The notes: generated from the letters alone by a model not told the origin. DNA of 34,454 nt from Octopus bimaculoides (GCF_001194135.2 NC_068988.1:51654328-51688781); one strand, 5' to 3'. Numbered from the stretch's first letter, positions 11,416-24,883 are shown. Numbers and translations: made by a program.

Positions 11416-14400
11416 TGAAGTTGTCACTTCCACTGCTTCCTATGAGATTGTCTGAATTATGAATGATGTCGAATTTATCTTTCTGGCAAACATTAACAGC
11501 CTGTAACTATGTGGTTTTGCAGTTGAATTCCCAGAAAAAAAAATCCCTTACTTGAAAACTGCCTCAAATATCTATTCAACCAATGCAAGCTTAGAAAAAC
11601 TGGCATAAAACGAAGAAATACATTGATTCCTAACTAGGTATAAGATCGCCCACTTTAAGGAAGGAAACACCTGATTATATTGACTCCAGTATCTATTTAT
11701 ATATATTTCATAACATATATTTTGAGAACAATAGTGTTGTTGGCCATAAGTTTCCAACTGAACAATAACTAGTTCACAGCATTTTCAATGGTAAGGATGA
11801 AAAGGGAGTGCTTGTGTGATTCAGGTGAAATAACTACTGCAAGGTATTATTTGGTATTATTTTCATAATGTATTGGTTTATTGGCAATATTCATAAGATG
11901 CTAACTACGTTCACTGATTTATAACAATGAAAAATGCATACTAACATGCAAATATATACACAATGGGCTTTCACACAGTTCCCCACACTAACAAGGTAGG
12001 CATTGGTCAATCTGAACCCAATACTATGTTGCTGCAAAGCAAACTTCTAAACCACATAGCCATGGCTGGTACCTATTTTATTGAACACTGAACGGACGAT
12101 GATCGAAGTCAGCCCTAATAAGACTGGAATCCAAAGTGTGAAGATAGAAGTACACTAGAAGAGCAAAACATTGCATGGTTTCTTAAACAGGTATGAGTCT
12201 TAGACAAAATATCTTAATGCAATAATTGCATTTTAACTTTTCAAATGTTCAACATACATGTATATCATCATCATCATCAAACATTCTCAAATTAGAATGA
12301 ATAAGGAATTGTTAATTACTGTAGATAAAGAACAAGATTAGGGACATGAAGAATATGGTTAAACTTTGAAGTCAATAAAACAAGCCAATAAAAATTAAGA
12401 AGCAAATAAGAAAACAAGTGAAAATTGACAAAATAATCGAAGAGAATTATATCTCAGATAGCATGAATGGCAAAGTCTGCCAAAAGAATGCTGGGAAAAT
12501 ATGATGAAATATAAAGTATTTTACCAGATCTAAAGCATTGAGGATATTTTCCTACCTATTTGTAATGAAGTGTTATAATTCAATGAAGTACATTTGTTGT
12601 TTGACTGGAAAATTAGCCTGAATGCTTGCAACAGAGGAAACTCCACTAAAGGCACCAATGGTACCAGGTGCTGGTGTTAAACAGGTTAAGTCTACAACTC
12701 AAGTAGGCCATGGTAAGATTTGAACCCAGAAAGCAAAGAGTGATAACAAATACCACAAGGCATCTGACCAGACATTCTTATAGTTCCACCAATCTACCAC
12801 CTTGGATTGATACTTTTAGCTATTGATTCTGAGGATGAAAGGCAAAGCTAACCCCAATGGGATTTGAGCACAGAGCACTGGAACAAATACCAGGAAGCAT
12901 TCTATCCAGAACTCTAATGACTGCCTATTCATTGCAGGAAAATTATATACAGGGAGTGAACAACTGTTCAGAGATTAACTATTCTCAGACTCCAAAGAAG
13001 AAACTTGGTCAGTCTTGGAGTAACACCATTTAGCTGTGACGGAGATGTATGGTCACCATGAAAGGTCATTAGATATTATTGGGCCAAAGGTTTTGCACCA
13101 GGTAGGATCTGGTCAAGCAGACTTAGCAAAGATGTTCTATATATGACTATTACATCTTATTTTCAGTATATCTAGCACTACACATCCTATTTATCCTTTT
13201 TTTTTTGTTCTTAAAGATGGCAAGGAGTCAATTGAAGGCAACCTGGATGCTGTTTCTAATACGTTAAGCAACCACATTAGCTCAAAACAAGTTAAGTGAA
13301 GATGTGGAGGTACCCTTATTGATTTGTGTAGTTACAGGTAGTTTATAGAACAAGAAAGTTACACCGATTAGCTAAAATTTAGAGTTACATATTTAGGTAC
13401 AGATATCAAATAACTGGAATTGTGAACTTTAGAAATCAAACTATTTCTTAAATGGATGATTTTAGAAAAATTGATTATTTAATATAGTTTGTTACTTGTT
13501 AAGTAACTGACAGTGTTATAGCTGATGGAGTACAGCTGATGACCCGAGGTTATTAGTAATCAAATCCAATAAAATGGTTTGTAATGATAATTTCAGTCTA
13601 CAAATAATGTTGACTTTATATGTTAATTGGGACCTTGCTTCTAGTGGTTTACAAGTTATGTAGCAGATGATGACTCCCAACCATTGGTAGAGCCACTCCT
13701 ATTATTTTCAATCGCCATAATTATTTCAACAACCAGTTTTACAAACCAAATTTATGTTACTAAATGTAAATCCTTGCAAGGTTGTAATTATCTGGCTATT
13801 AGGCAGTTATTCTAGTTATCAGCAACATCATTATCAATTACAGCAAGTTTTACAAATGTTTTCTAAATGTGACAAGTTACACAAAAATGCAAATAAAAAT
13901 GTTTTGTTGTAACCCCTATAAGACTAATCCAAATTTTGTATTCATTTGTATTCCTTGTATTAAATGCCTGTACTTGTGTAATTAAATTTCATCCATATAT
14001 CAGACAAAACTTGTATTAAGCATCAAAAGGTCTTTCAAAGTTACTTGTATCTTTTCTGTCTCACAAGGTTTCAAACAAAGTGAGAAACTAGAATTATGTC
14101 AACAGTTGACAGCTATGAACTTCAGACTTAAGTGTGAAAGTTTATAATTACATGTAGAACTTCTAAAATAAGTGGGTGATAGAATGGATCCTAAAATCAT
14201 AGAATACAAGCAATGTAAAAATGCATAACAATACAGGAGACCAAGACATTCTAGAGAAAATGTTTTCATAAGGTATTTACTAGAGGGAGTTAATGCTGTT
14301 GAATGAATTGAAAAAATTCAATGAAGGAATGATGGTTAAGAGTGCTAGCTAGCTAGTCATTGTTTTCAGATCTTACTACTCCTATATGATGCTGCTAAGC

Positions 14401-14420
14401 AAAGCACCTAATATAGATTT

Positions 14421-14638
14421 TAAATTTTGGCACAAGGGCAGCAATTTAGGGAGAGGGAGTAAGTTGACTGCATTGACCCCACCCCTACCCCCACTAATAC
14501 TCAACTGGTACTAATTTTATCAACCCTGAAAGGATGAAAGACAAAGTTGACCTCGGTGGAATTTGAACTTACAACATAAGGATGGACAAAATGGCGCTAA
14601 GTATTTTGTCCAGCATGTTAACATTTCTACCAGCTCAC
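14421..14638 (-). mobile_element. Family C tRNA-SINE, near full length
   Basis: CTGGTACTAATTTTATCAACCCTGAAAGGATGAAAGACAAAGTTGACCTCGGTGGAATTTGAACTT...; same core as 2748-2930. Confidence 0.8.
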
Positions 14639-15084
14639 AACTTTCAAAACACCTGATATTGAAAAGGAAATATGATAGTAAGTATTAACAAATAAATGCA
14701 ATGAAGAACGTTGTGTGGAAATGGAAAATATTAAAGTCTGGAGGACAGGCTCTAGGTCAAGATAGAGACGAGAGAAAACTGAAGCAGGATGGAGGGGGGG
14801 GGGGTCAAATCCATGTGTCAAAATAGTAAATGAATGAAAAAAGAGAATAGATAAGGATGTGGTTACCAAATAGAAGACAGTGAAGATATACTAAATATGA
14901 ATAAAAAGAATAGTAAGAAGCAGAAGAGTAGGTATATATACTAACTAGTATGAATATGCAAATGTGCAGACGTAATATGTGTATGTGGGCATGTGAGTGG
15001 TAGAGCCAAGAAGTATCAATGAGTGCATCTGTACATAACTTTGAGGTCCACTTTTACAAGCTTGCATGGATCAAATGGAGTTTA

Positions 15085-15350
15085 TTGAGGCAGATTTTCT
15101 GTGACAGGATAGCCCTCTTGTCACCAACCCACATTTCCCCTTGGCCAGACATTTTGCAGAATATTGGAAATGTTCGACACTTCTTGTATCTCAGTAACAT
15201 TCATTTACAACTATCTGTTATGTCAAGATAAGGAGACACAAACAACACACACAAGGCAGACAAACTTTCAGTTTTACATCAATCAAATCCACTCATAAGG
15301 CTTTGGTTGGTTAGGGGCTAGAGTAGAAGATACTTACCCAAGGTGCCACA
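15085..15350 (-). mobile_element. Chimeric A-head/B-tail SINE fragment
   Basis: Reverse complement of the internal part of 9771-10180 (TTCCCCTTGGCCAGAC...GAATATTGGAAATG...CCACTCATAAGGCTTTGGTTGG...TACTTACCCAAGGTGCCAC). Confidence 0.55.
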
Positions 15351-15817
15351 CAAAACCAACTAAGGGAGGAGGTTTCAGAACTGATGGGGAAGAATTAAAA
15401 GATATATAAACAGTTGATGATACCAAAGAGAAAGAATTTGCCCATTTGAAAAAATAAACTTAATCCTGAAGTAGTCTCATAGAATGGTGGACCATGGTGC
15501 TGGAGTAAACCCAATACAACATGATCATTGTAAAAATAGCACATTGAGTTGGAATGTCACGACACAGGTTCACAAGAGCCAGAATTGTTGTGACACAGAA
15601 CAAACAGGTTATCTGAAATAACACAGAGCCATGCTGGATTCCTCAGTTTGAATTTTATTGAATATTCCAGTCAGCCTTGCTGCACATTAAACAAGCTCTA
15701 CTTCTACTTGACAGCTGAGTGATTATAAGTAGGAAAGCTATTTTCTCCAACAAATACTTCCGTATATGTATACATGAAAAAAATGAATGTAAAAAAGAAG
15801 CAAAAAAAAACAAAAAC

Positions 15818-16181
15818 AGGTGCAGGCATGGCTATGTAGTAGGAAGTTCTCTATCCAACATGATTCTGGGTTTAGTTCCACTAAATGGCACCATGGGCAG
15901 CTGTTTTCTACTATAGCACCAGACCAACCCAAACCCTGTGAGTGGAAACAGAAACAGAAAAAAACCTATCATATGTGTGTGTATGTGTGTGAGCATGTTT
16001 GTCTCCACGACACTGGTTGTCAAGTGGTGGTGAGTTTAAGCCCCCTTAGTTTAGCAGTTTGGTAAAAGGGTTCAATAGAATAAATACCAGACATAAAAGT
16101 ACAGGGGTTGATTTGTTCAGCTAAGCACTTCAAGCCAGTGCCCCAGCATGGTCAAAGTCCAATGATTGAAACAAGTAAAAG

Positions 16182-16216
<35 letters not shown>
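15818..16216 (+). mobile_element. Full-length family A tRNA-SINE with a 35-nt poly(A) run at its 3' end
   Basis: Head GCAGGCATGGCTATGTAGTAGG...TTTAGTTCCACT, central (TG)-rich segment, tail CCCCAGCATGGTC...GAAACAAGTAAAAG, then a pure A run at 16182-16216. Confidence 0.82.
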
Positions 16217-16218
<2 letters not shown>

Positions 16219-16938
16219 AAACAAACATCAATGATGAGATTGCTGCCTATGTAAAGCAAATAAAAAATATAACTAAGTTACTATTTCCTACACAGACTAA
16301 TAATTTTGAGATGTAATGATAAAAGGCAGTAATTTCTCCATGCTATGATAATACTCGTGGAAAACAACAAAGTATTCAATAAAACACTAATATATATATA
16401 TAACAAAATTATAAGATTCAGAGATAAATAGCATTAACACTCTGAGAAATAGATTTCTGGAACAACATATATTTTTTCCAGGAAAGATATCAAGAGGTGA
16501 GATAAAAACTGAAAAAAATTTGCTACAAAATTTGTCAGCTATTTCAAAGATATTTCAACAATTTACCTGGGATTAGTACATGACAGGAAAAGGATTAAGT
16601 TTCAATAGAGTACAGTGACATCTGTAAGAGAAACAAGACTGAGGGATCTTTTTAGATAGTTACATAGTCTGCTAGAAATAGCAGGCAAATTTTCTTTGAC
16701 TCACACTCTGCTGTTTTAAAAAGCAAAATGGTATATTGGACAGTATCGTCCAAGATATACGAAAAAAAAATTGATGATAATGGATAGAATATATTCAATC
16801 ACATATCTATTCAATCAAGTATGTCCAGGAGCTAAACAACAATAACAACTAGACTAAAAGAAAGACAATAAGGGAGTCTCAATGTGGCTGTTTGAGCTGC
16901 TAGAAATAGTTAAATGTCATTCATATCACACCCTACTG

Positions 16939-16970
<32 letters not shown>

Positions 16971-16972
<2 letters not shown>

Positions 16973-17161
16973 TCATCATCATCGTTTAACGTCCGCTTTC
17001 CATGCTAGCATGGGTTGGACGATTTGACTGAGGACTGGTGCAACCGGATGGCTACACCAGGCTCCAATCTAATTTGGCAGAGTTTCTACAGCTGGATGCC
17101 CTTCCTGACGCCAACCATTCAGAGAGTGTAGTGGGTGCTTTTACGTGTCACCCACACGAAA
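16971..17161 (-). mobile_element. Young family B retroposon 3' end with (ATG)n tail, running into a gap
   Basis: CATCATCATCATCGTTTAACGTCCGCTTTCCATGCTAGCATGGGTTGGACG...CTGGATGCCCTTCCTGACGCCAACC; CpG-rich, preceded by (TA)n at 16940-16970. Confidence 0.85.
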
Positions 17162-17670
17162 NNNNNNNNNNNNNNNNNNNNNNNNNNNNNNNNNNNNNNN
17201 NNNNNNNNNNNNNNNNNNNNNNNNNNNNNNNNNNNNNNNNNNNNNNNNNNNNNNNNNNNNNNNNNNNNNNNNNNNNNNNNNNNNNNNNNNNNNNNNNNNN
17301 NNNNNNNNNNNNNNNNNNNNNNNNNNNNNNNNNNNNNNNNNNNNNNNNNNNNNNNNNNNNNNNNNNNNNNNNNNNNNNNNNNNNNNNNNNNNNNNNNNNN
17401 NNNNNNNNNNNNNNNNNNNNNNNNNNNNNNNNNNNNNNNNNNNNNNNNNNNNNNNNNNNNNNNNNNNNNNNNNNNNNNNNNNNNNNNNNNNNNNNNNNNN
17501 NNNNNNNNNNNNNNNNNNNNNNNNNNNNNNNNNNNNNNNNNNNNNNNNNNNNNNNNNNNNNNNNNNNNNNNNNNNNNNNNNNNNNNNNNNNNNNNNNNNN
17601 NNNNNNNNNNNNNNNNNNNNNNNNNNNNNNNNNNNNNNNNNNNNNNNNNNNNNNNNNNNNNNNNNNNNNN
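17162..17670. other. Assembly gap (509 N)
   Basis: N run. Confidence 0.99.
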
Positions 17671-18516
17671 TATAAGGAAGAAGGCATTAGATAATATAGT
17701 CCTAAATAATACATTAAATATAGATAAATGATGTTCAAAATCTGAACTACCAGCCAATGAAGCTTTTCACTTAAATGATTTATTACTTAGGACTATTAAG
17801 AACAGGTGATGATATAATGTGATGTTCATGTCATTTCTAAGGTAATATCATGTAAGCTGAATCTTCCAAACAAGCTGCAATTATTTTAAGGAGTAACATT
17901 TCCTTCAATGAGTTTGAGAGAAAGAGTTAGGGAGAATAAGGAGAGAGGTACATAGTAAAGGGATAGAGAGAAGAGGACACCATACCACAAAGAAAAAAAA
18001 AAGATCAAGAAAGAGAGACTTTGATTACTTCTGACCATTTAAAGTATGGAAGATTATAAAGACCCAAAAGATAGAATGCAGTAAAGACCTGAAGTATGCA
18101 AAAGTGTAAAAAAGAAAAATTGATCCATTGTAAAGAAATACCAACTCAAAAAAGTTCAATCACAACAGACAATCACAATAGATGACTGAGATGGTAATAG
18201 ACAATTGTGCCAACCAGATTGCATGGAAAGTAGCTATTATGTACCAGATGGTTAGAGCAATGAATCCAACCACACTATGAATGACTAATTGAACATGAAT
18301 GACTAACTGAACATGTCCATATGTATTTAGTTTCCTTGTAAAATTAGGTTATGAAGTTAAGCCACATTTGGTGGAAGTGGTAAAGTTGTTGATGGCTTTG
18401 AATGAGGATCAAACTGATTACTTTTTGCTATGCTAGCAGCTCATCAGGATTCTGTCTTTTTCTTTCCCTTTTCATTGGTTACCTTTCCAAGTTGTAGAGC
18501 ATTAGAAGCAGAATTA

Positions 18517-18670
18517 AGCACAGGCATGGCTATGTGGTAAGAAGCTTGCTTCTCAACCATTTGGTTCCTGGTTCAGTTCCACTGTGTGGTACCTTGGACA
18601 AGTGTCTTCTACTATAGCCTCAGGTCAACCAAAACCTTATGAGTGGATGTAGTGGATGGAAACAGAAAGA

Positions 18671-18713
<43 letters not shown>

Positions 18714-18957
18714 TGTGTGTGACATTGTGTCTTCCTTTGCCCCACCACTATCACCACCACCACTTGACAACCAGTGTTGATGTATTCACATCCCCATAAC
18801 TTAGCAGTTAGGCAAAAGACACTGATAGAATAAGTGCCATGCTTTTTTTGAAAAGAAAATTAAGAACTGGGGTCGATTCATCCAACTAAAATTTTTCAAG
18901 GCAGTGCCCTAGCATGACCGCAACCTCACGACTGAAACAAGTAAAGGATAAAAGATA
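18517..18957 (+). mobile_element. Full-length family A tRNA-SINE with internal (TG)n
   Basis: A-box-like TGGCTATGTGG, B-box-like GGTTCAGTTCC, core CCTTGGACAAGTGTCTTCTACTATAGCC, (TG)n at about 18675-18711, tail GACTGAAACAAGTAAAGGATAAAAGATA. Confidence 0.88.
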
Positions 18958-19400
18958 ATGAAGTTACAAGGTTTATGGCCTGACAATAATCATTACTGTA
19001 CCGATATAACATAGCATATGAATAAATATCTAAACAATTATTCAGCCGTGTGGGAAGTAAATAAATCCTGACAAGCAGTAAGATAAAAATTAGCTGGTTT
19101 AATTCTCCTTTTATGTTACTGAAAAATCAAAATCTAACAATAGGGCCTAATTTTACAGTGCATCTAATAACATGTGGATATGAACCCATATACATATTTA
19201 TCTATTAGCTACACTGCATTAGTAAGCATCCTCATAATATATACTATACATTGGTATATGCTAATTTGTGTACCATCTCATCAGCTACCGAAATGAGCAT
19301 AAAGTTCTAACTACAATAAACTTTTGCTAGTAAAAAAAACTACTTAAAAACCAACATAATGGCAACTAATTATTACACAGTAAATATAACAGGCGCATGT

Positions 19401-19701
19401 GAAGGTTGGCTCAGTGGTTATAATGTTGGTCTTACAATCATGAGGTTGTGAGTTTGATTCTCAGACCAGGATGTGTATTGTTTTTGCAGCTGTAGAAATG
19501 AGTTGTGACATCACTGGTGCCAAGCTGTATCAGCCTTTGCTTTTCCCTTGGACAACATTGGTGGCAAGGAGATGGGAGACTGGTATGCATGGGTGACTGC
19601 TGGTCTTCCACAAACAATCCTGCCTGGACTTGTGCCTCAGAGGGGAACTTTCTAGGTGCAATCCCATGGTCATTCATGACCGAAGTGGGTCTTTACCCTT
19701 T
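19401..19701 (+). mobile_element. tRNA-derived SINE, family E
   Basis: A box TGGCTCAGTGG, B-box-like AGTTTGATTCT and a GC-richer body ending CCCATGGTCATTCATGACCGAAGTGGGTCTTTACCC. It explains the overlapping ORFs at 19438-19759. Confidence 0.72.
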
Positions 19702-20191
19702 AAATGTAACAGCCAAATCTCTTACAAACAACACCTTACAAAATGACACCTTACCATAATGAAAAGACACATTAGACAATGTGGTGCCTTTTTTTGCTCT
19801 GCTTTTTTTTTTAAACAACTCAGAAATAGAAGGATAGCATTCATGACCTTTTTTTTTCCAGGACTCCTAAGATAGGTGAGAGAAAGAAAAAAAGTTATCC
19901 TCAAATTGGAGACCTAACCTGAATGCATACAACACTGAGAACTCTACAAAAGGCACTCAAGGACCAAGTAATGGTATTAAACCAGATAATGGATCAAGTC
20001 TACCACCCAAAACTCACAGCCTTGAAAACAAAATGGAAAATGGACATAGCAGAAATAACTTTGATAAGTCTGCTCAATTGGTGTTGTCAGGAGGCTAAAC
20101 AACAACACTACAAAAGAAATGAAACCATCTACTGTGCAATTATACACATTTCCCTCACATAAAATATATACCAGCTGTTTCCATTAACAAT

Positions 20192-20419
20192 TTAACCCAC
20201 TGAGCATTCAGATTATTCTGCCAAATGTAACACTTATTTATTCACATTATTTGGAATTAATCATGCATTATCTCATAGCTTTGATATTTCAATGTGACTG
20301 TTTATTTCTTTTAAATGACATTGTAGGGTAGATGTGAGAGGCTGAATCTCACCAGTCTGAACATAAAACAAGTAAAATGTTTGGGCTGGATATGACCAGT
20401 TCAAATGCTAAGGGGTTGA
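20192..20419. mobile_element. piggyBac-like MITE, diverged
   Basis: The left end TTAA-CCCACTGAGCATT and the right end AATGCTAAGGGG-TTGA form imperfect TIRs with a TTAA-type target site. Confidence 0.55.
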
Positions 20420-20459
20420 AACAACATCAGAGATTTCCAGACCATTAAGAAAGAAAGGC

Positions 20460-20495
<36 letters not shown>

Positions 20496-20904
20496 TGGCT
20501 ACTTTAGAGAATTATGTGAGTCAGTTAACCAGAATGGAATGACTGATTAAAACTACTACTAATATAAGTAACACAAATGACAGCTGTGATGACAATAAAA
20601 ATTGCTTCACAAGATTAATTTGAAAAAGTCTTGATTTTAATCTCAATCAAATGGTCTTGGTGATACAGATCAGAAACTTAGTAATTAGATTCCTACATTT
20701 TAAAAGAATTCCTAAGCTCATCCTACTTATTATTTCTTGTTTGTGGCTTAGTCAGGGGAAGAAAGGCAAGGCTGGAAAATAAAAGAGAGGAAGTACTACA
20801 ATTAAGATATTCACAGACTAGAGACCTACCCTAAATACTCATAATACAAAAAACTCACTGTAGGTACCCACAAGTCAGGTAGCTGGTAGTGGTACTAACG
20901 GCCA

Positions 20905-21075
20905 TAATCTATTCAACAGGCTATTGCACAGTTTCTGTCTACTAAATTTCACTCTCAAGGCTTTGGTCAATTTGAGGCTACAACTGAAACAGACACTTGT
21001 CAAATATGGACACAGTGGGATCAAACATTCAATGACATGGTTCCAAAGTGAACCTCTTAACCACATGGCCATGTC
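20905..21075 (-). mobile_element. Family A SINE head, diverged
   Basis: Minus strand CATGGCCATGTGGTTAAGAGG...GATCCCACTGTG...GACAAGTGTC...GACCAAAGCCTTGAGAGTGAAATTTAGTAGACAGAAACTG. Confidence 0.62.
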
Positions 21076-23062
21076 TGAGTCTGTAGTATATATTCTAGCC
21101 ATGATTATCCCACAGTAAATTTAATACTACTACTGTTACAGTTTTCTGTTGTCCCTTTTATGTAAGAGTTGCATGCCCCACTAATGTTAAGTCAATTTGG
21201 TTGCATCTCCCTTTTCCATTCATTTCAATCTTCACCAACACACTGATGATGAAACATCTCAGATCACAGTTAATTATTATAATACTTCTTCAGATGATAC
21301 ACATGGCAAGTGACATTTACATTTTTGGCCTGTTTTCTCACTCTCAAAGAAGCTGAACAACAGTGTAGCCAAAACAGACACAGTAGCCTAGGGTAGATTT
21401 TCTACCTGACTGGCTCCTGTCAACCGTCCTGCCTATGCATGCATGGAAGACGGACATTAAATAATGATGATGATATATATATATTTTCAATACTCTTGGA
21501 ATAAATATACACTACAAAGAAAAAACAACAGGTATTGCAACCCTAAAACATCATAATGCACACCTACAAAATATCTAAACAAAAGTATTGATGTTAATGA
21601 GATCGTTACAGAAATGAGGAAACAAATTACAAAACTGACAAACAATTGATGACTAAATAATCATGAAACTTATAAATACATACCAGACTAGAACAATATT
21701 TGTATAAATATCAAGAGGAAAAACTGCACTCTCCAGAACACAATGTTTATTCCAACAGACTCTTAGAGATGCCAGCTATAAGATGAAATAAAATACCTTT
21801 TATTTAGTCTTGGCCAAAACAAACAACTTTTATAGTTTTCTCCCAAACAGACGCTATCTGACAGTTCTTGTTTGAGAGTTTGATACTGGTAGGGAAAATG
21901 TTGACAGGGAAGGAATTTAGGAGAATGAAATCAAAGGAAAATATTGAGCAAACTGTTTAAGGTAAGGTTTGGGAATGAGACAATAAAGATGGCAAGAGGT
22001 AAAAGACACTGAAATGAATAGGAAAAGGAAAATATGACCACAATAAGGAGAGGTAGCAGTATGAGGCGGGCTGAGGCACAGTAAGTACATCACTAACTGC
22101 AGGTTCAGTGGAGTAGCAGTGAGTATAGGAGCAGTAGAAAAGGCAGAAAAACAACAAATGGACAAACTAGAGTTAGTAAAAGTGAGAAAATTTTAAACTA
22201 GATGACATATCTTTAAATGTATCCTTGAATGTTTATGTGTAACAGCTCCAGTCCCAAATGTATGAGCAATGGCTCTAGTCTAGGTCACACATTTTATATC
22301 ATATATATATATATATATAGCCAAACAATTAATGTACTTCATTAATAAACCCAATCAGCTGTCAATTCAGTAAGACCTAATTAATTTTCTTTATTACATT
22401 CACACACTTGTACACACTCTAGTGAAAGTAGTTCTTGTCAACTTCCAAGGATGTATTTTAATGTTTTCAAACAACAGTTTGTCTAGATTTACATTCTATG
22501 CACCATGTTGTTATAAATATAAGGCAAAGTTAATTTTAAAATTATTTTATGCTTCTGACTCCCACCAGAACAGGACAGCTGATCAATTCAAAAATAAGTG
22601 TTTTTTTTAAATATTATCTTTTTTCTTTTACTAAGACCTGATTGTGTTTCATGGAAATTATACCACAACCTCCCTCTTTGTGTCTTACAGTTGTAACCAA
22701 GCTGATTACAAGTCTTCAGTTGGAACTTGTACTAATAATGCAAAATAAGCATTATTTTTTTTATCTAAATTCAATCACTGCCACCATTATCATTTTTATA
22801 TTTATTTTGTTCATGTTAACATGTCTTGGAGAAAATTTCCTCAAATATCAATCCAATACATCCTAACAGTGAGGTACAGAAGAGACAGAGAAAGAGGCTT
22901 ATTAAAAGTAATTTGAACAAGATCTTTCACTAAAAATTTTCTGTGAATGATAACTAACTCTTAGAAACTCCCTATGTAACAAGATAGGGACACCAGAACT
23001 TACATTAATTTTAGCATCACTCTGTAGCTGAGAGATATGTCTTTCTCTCTGCATAATAAAAA

Positions 23063-23284
23063 TAATAATCCTTTCTAATTTAGGTACAAGGCCAGCAATT
23101 TTCAGAGGTTGGGATTACTTGACACTATTGACCCCAGTACCTGACTGGTACTTTATTTTATTAATCCTGAAAGGACACAAGCCAAACTTGACCATGGCAA
23201 TATTTGAACCCAGAATATAAACACCCAGAAGAAATACCACAAAGCATTTCTTTCAACACGAATAATTCTACTAATTCACCACCC
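23063..23284 (-). mobile_element. Family C tRNA-SINE, diverged
   Basis: GACCCCAGTACCTGACTGGTACTTTATTTTATTAATCCTGAAAGGA...ATTTGAACCCAGAA; same core as the other family C copies. Confidence 0.72.
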
Positions 23285-23690
23285 TACAATATTAATAAAA
23301 GTAACAGCTAATTTATTACAGTTTTAGTCAAGGGAAGGTTTCAACTCAAAACTGAAAACTTACAAAACAACCACAATAGTTGTCTGCTTACAGAAACTGA
23401 ACTATGCCAACCCAAGATACCTAGTTAAAGTAACATGACTTGGGTCATTAAAATAAAGTTCCTTCTTGGAGGTCATACCAAGGGTAATAATGACATGGAA
23501 ACAGTTAAGCTATTCAGATAGTAGACCAACTATCTTTGGTGTTTGCTGGAAACTAACCTTAATGGTGATCACCAACAAGTACTAAAAACCCATCAAGTCA
23601 TTCTAGTAATCTGTTCCTCATTGTTGACCTAGTCTGATAATTCTATCAATAACAAGCTTTGTGACAGATCTAATTTAATGAACTATATGT

Positions 23691-24022
23691 GTAGGCATGG
23701 CTGTGTGGTTAATAAGTTCACTTCACAGCCATGCAGTTTCAGGTTCAGTCCCACTATGAGGCAACTTAAGTGTCTTGTATCATAACTCTGGTGCAACCAA
23801 TAGCTTGAGTGCCAACATCATGAGAGTGAATTTGGCACACCCATGTATGCATCTTGGTATTTGTTTCCCACTACTTCACAACCAGTGTTGGTTTGTTTGT
23901 GTCCTCAGAGATAAGCAAGCTTAAAACAAGTACTTTCAGCCAAACTGATCAACTAAACCCTTCGAGACAATGCCCCAGCATGGTCACAGTCCAATGACTA
24001 AAACAAGGAAAAATGATAAAAG
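23691..24022 (+). mobile_element. Full-length family A SINE
   Basis: Head AGGCATGGCTGTGTGGTTAATAAG...GGTTCAGTCCCACT; tail CTAAACCCTTC...CCCCAGCATGGTCACAGTCCAATGACTAAAACAAG. Confidence 0.78.
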
Positions 24023-24369
24023 AATAATCAAGATATAGGTTATCAGTATTAACAAGGTTAGGGATTTCATTATATCTAATTAAACACTATAGAACACAGT
24101 TGAGAAGGAGGTGGAGTTTTGCTATTGATAATCATGATTAATTTTCTAATCAGCTAAAATAATTGTCAAAAAAGACAGTTTGTTGTTTAGAGAATTAACA
24201 AATTGTCTTTGTAAAAAAGACAAAACAAAATGATTTCATTACTAATCCACTTTTAAGTTAACAATACCAGCATATTAATGGCCATATTTATATCATGCTA
24301 TTGTTATAGCTATCTAGCTCTAAGAAAAAATAAGTAATGTATTTGAGTTTAAAGACAAAAATGAGTTTG

Positions 24370-24716
24370 TAACTTGTTTCAGTCACTGGACTGCAGCCAG
24401 GCAGGGACACTGCTTTGAAGGGTTTAGTCAAACAAATCGCCTCTGGTAGTTTACTCTATCAATCTCTTTTCCTGAAAAAAACTAAGTTACAGGGATGTAA
24501 ACAAACCAACATAAGTTGTTAAGCAGTGGTGGAGTACAAAGACACACACACATATTTATACAATGGACTTCCAAAGTTTCTATCTACCAAATTCACTCAC
24601 AAGGCATTGGTAGGCCAAGTCTATAGTACAAGACACTTGTCCAAAGTGCTATGCAGTGGGGCTGAACCAGAAACCATATGGTTACAAAGCAAGCTCCTTA
24701 ACCACACAGCCCTGCC
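24370..24716 (-). mobile_element. Full-length family A SINE, convergent with the previous copy
   Basis: Minus-strand head GGCTGTGTGGTTAAGGAGCTTGC...GGTTCAGCCCCACTG and tail CTAAACCCTTCAAAGCAG...CAGTCCAGTGACTGAAACAAG. Confidence 0.8.
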
Positions 24717-24883
24717 AGTGCCTTATTTGGGAAATGTAGTAACTTACAAGGGGTTAAAATACCATTACTCTGGTTCTTAAGTCAATATTTTAAACTACCA
24801 AATTTATCTTAAGAGAATAAAGATTGTTCAATATTTAAAAAGACAAGGACAGTATATTAGAATTCTTGGAGTATCACATAAAA

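Noticed and set aside
19880-20162. Two overlapping open plus-strand frames (19880-20098 reading ...NAYNTENSTKGTQGPSNGIKPDNGSS..., and track ORF 19923-20162)
   Set aside because: Short, no recognisable domain and no convincing flanking splice sites. The low T content of this strand makes stop-free runs likely. A TBLASTN hit or RNA-seq coverage would reopen it.
21243-21262. CTGATGATGAAACATCTCAG as a hammerhead
   Set aside because: No room for stem II between CUGAUGA and GAAA; probably chance.
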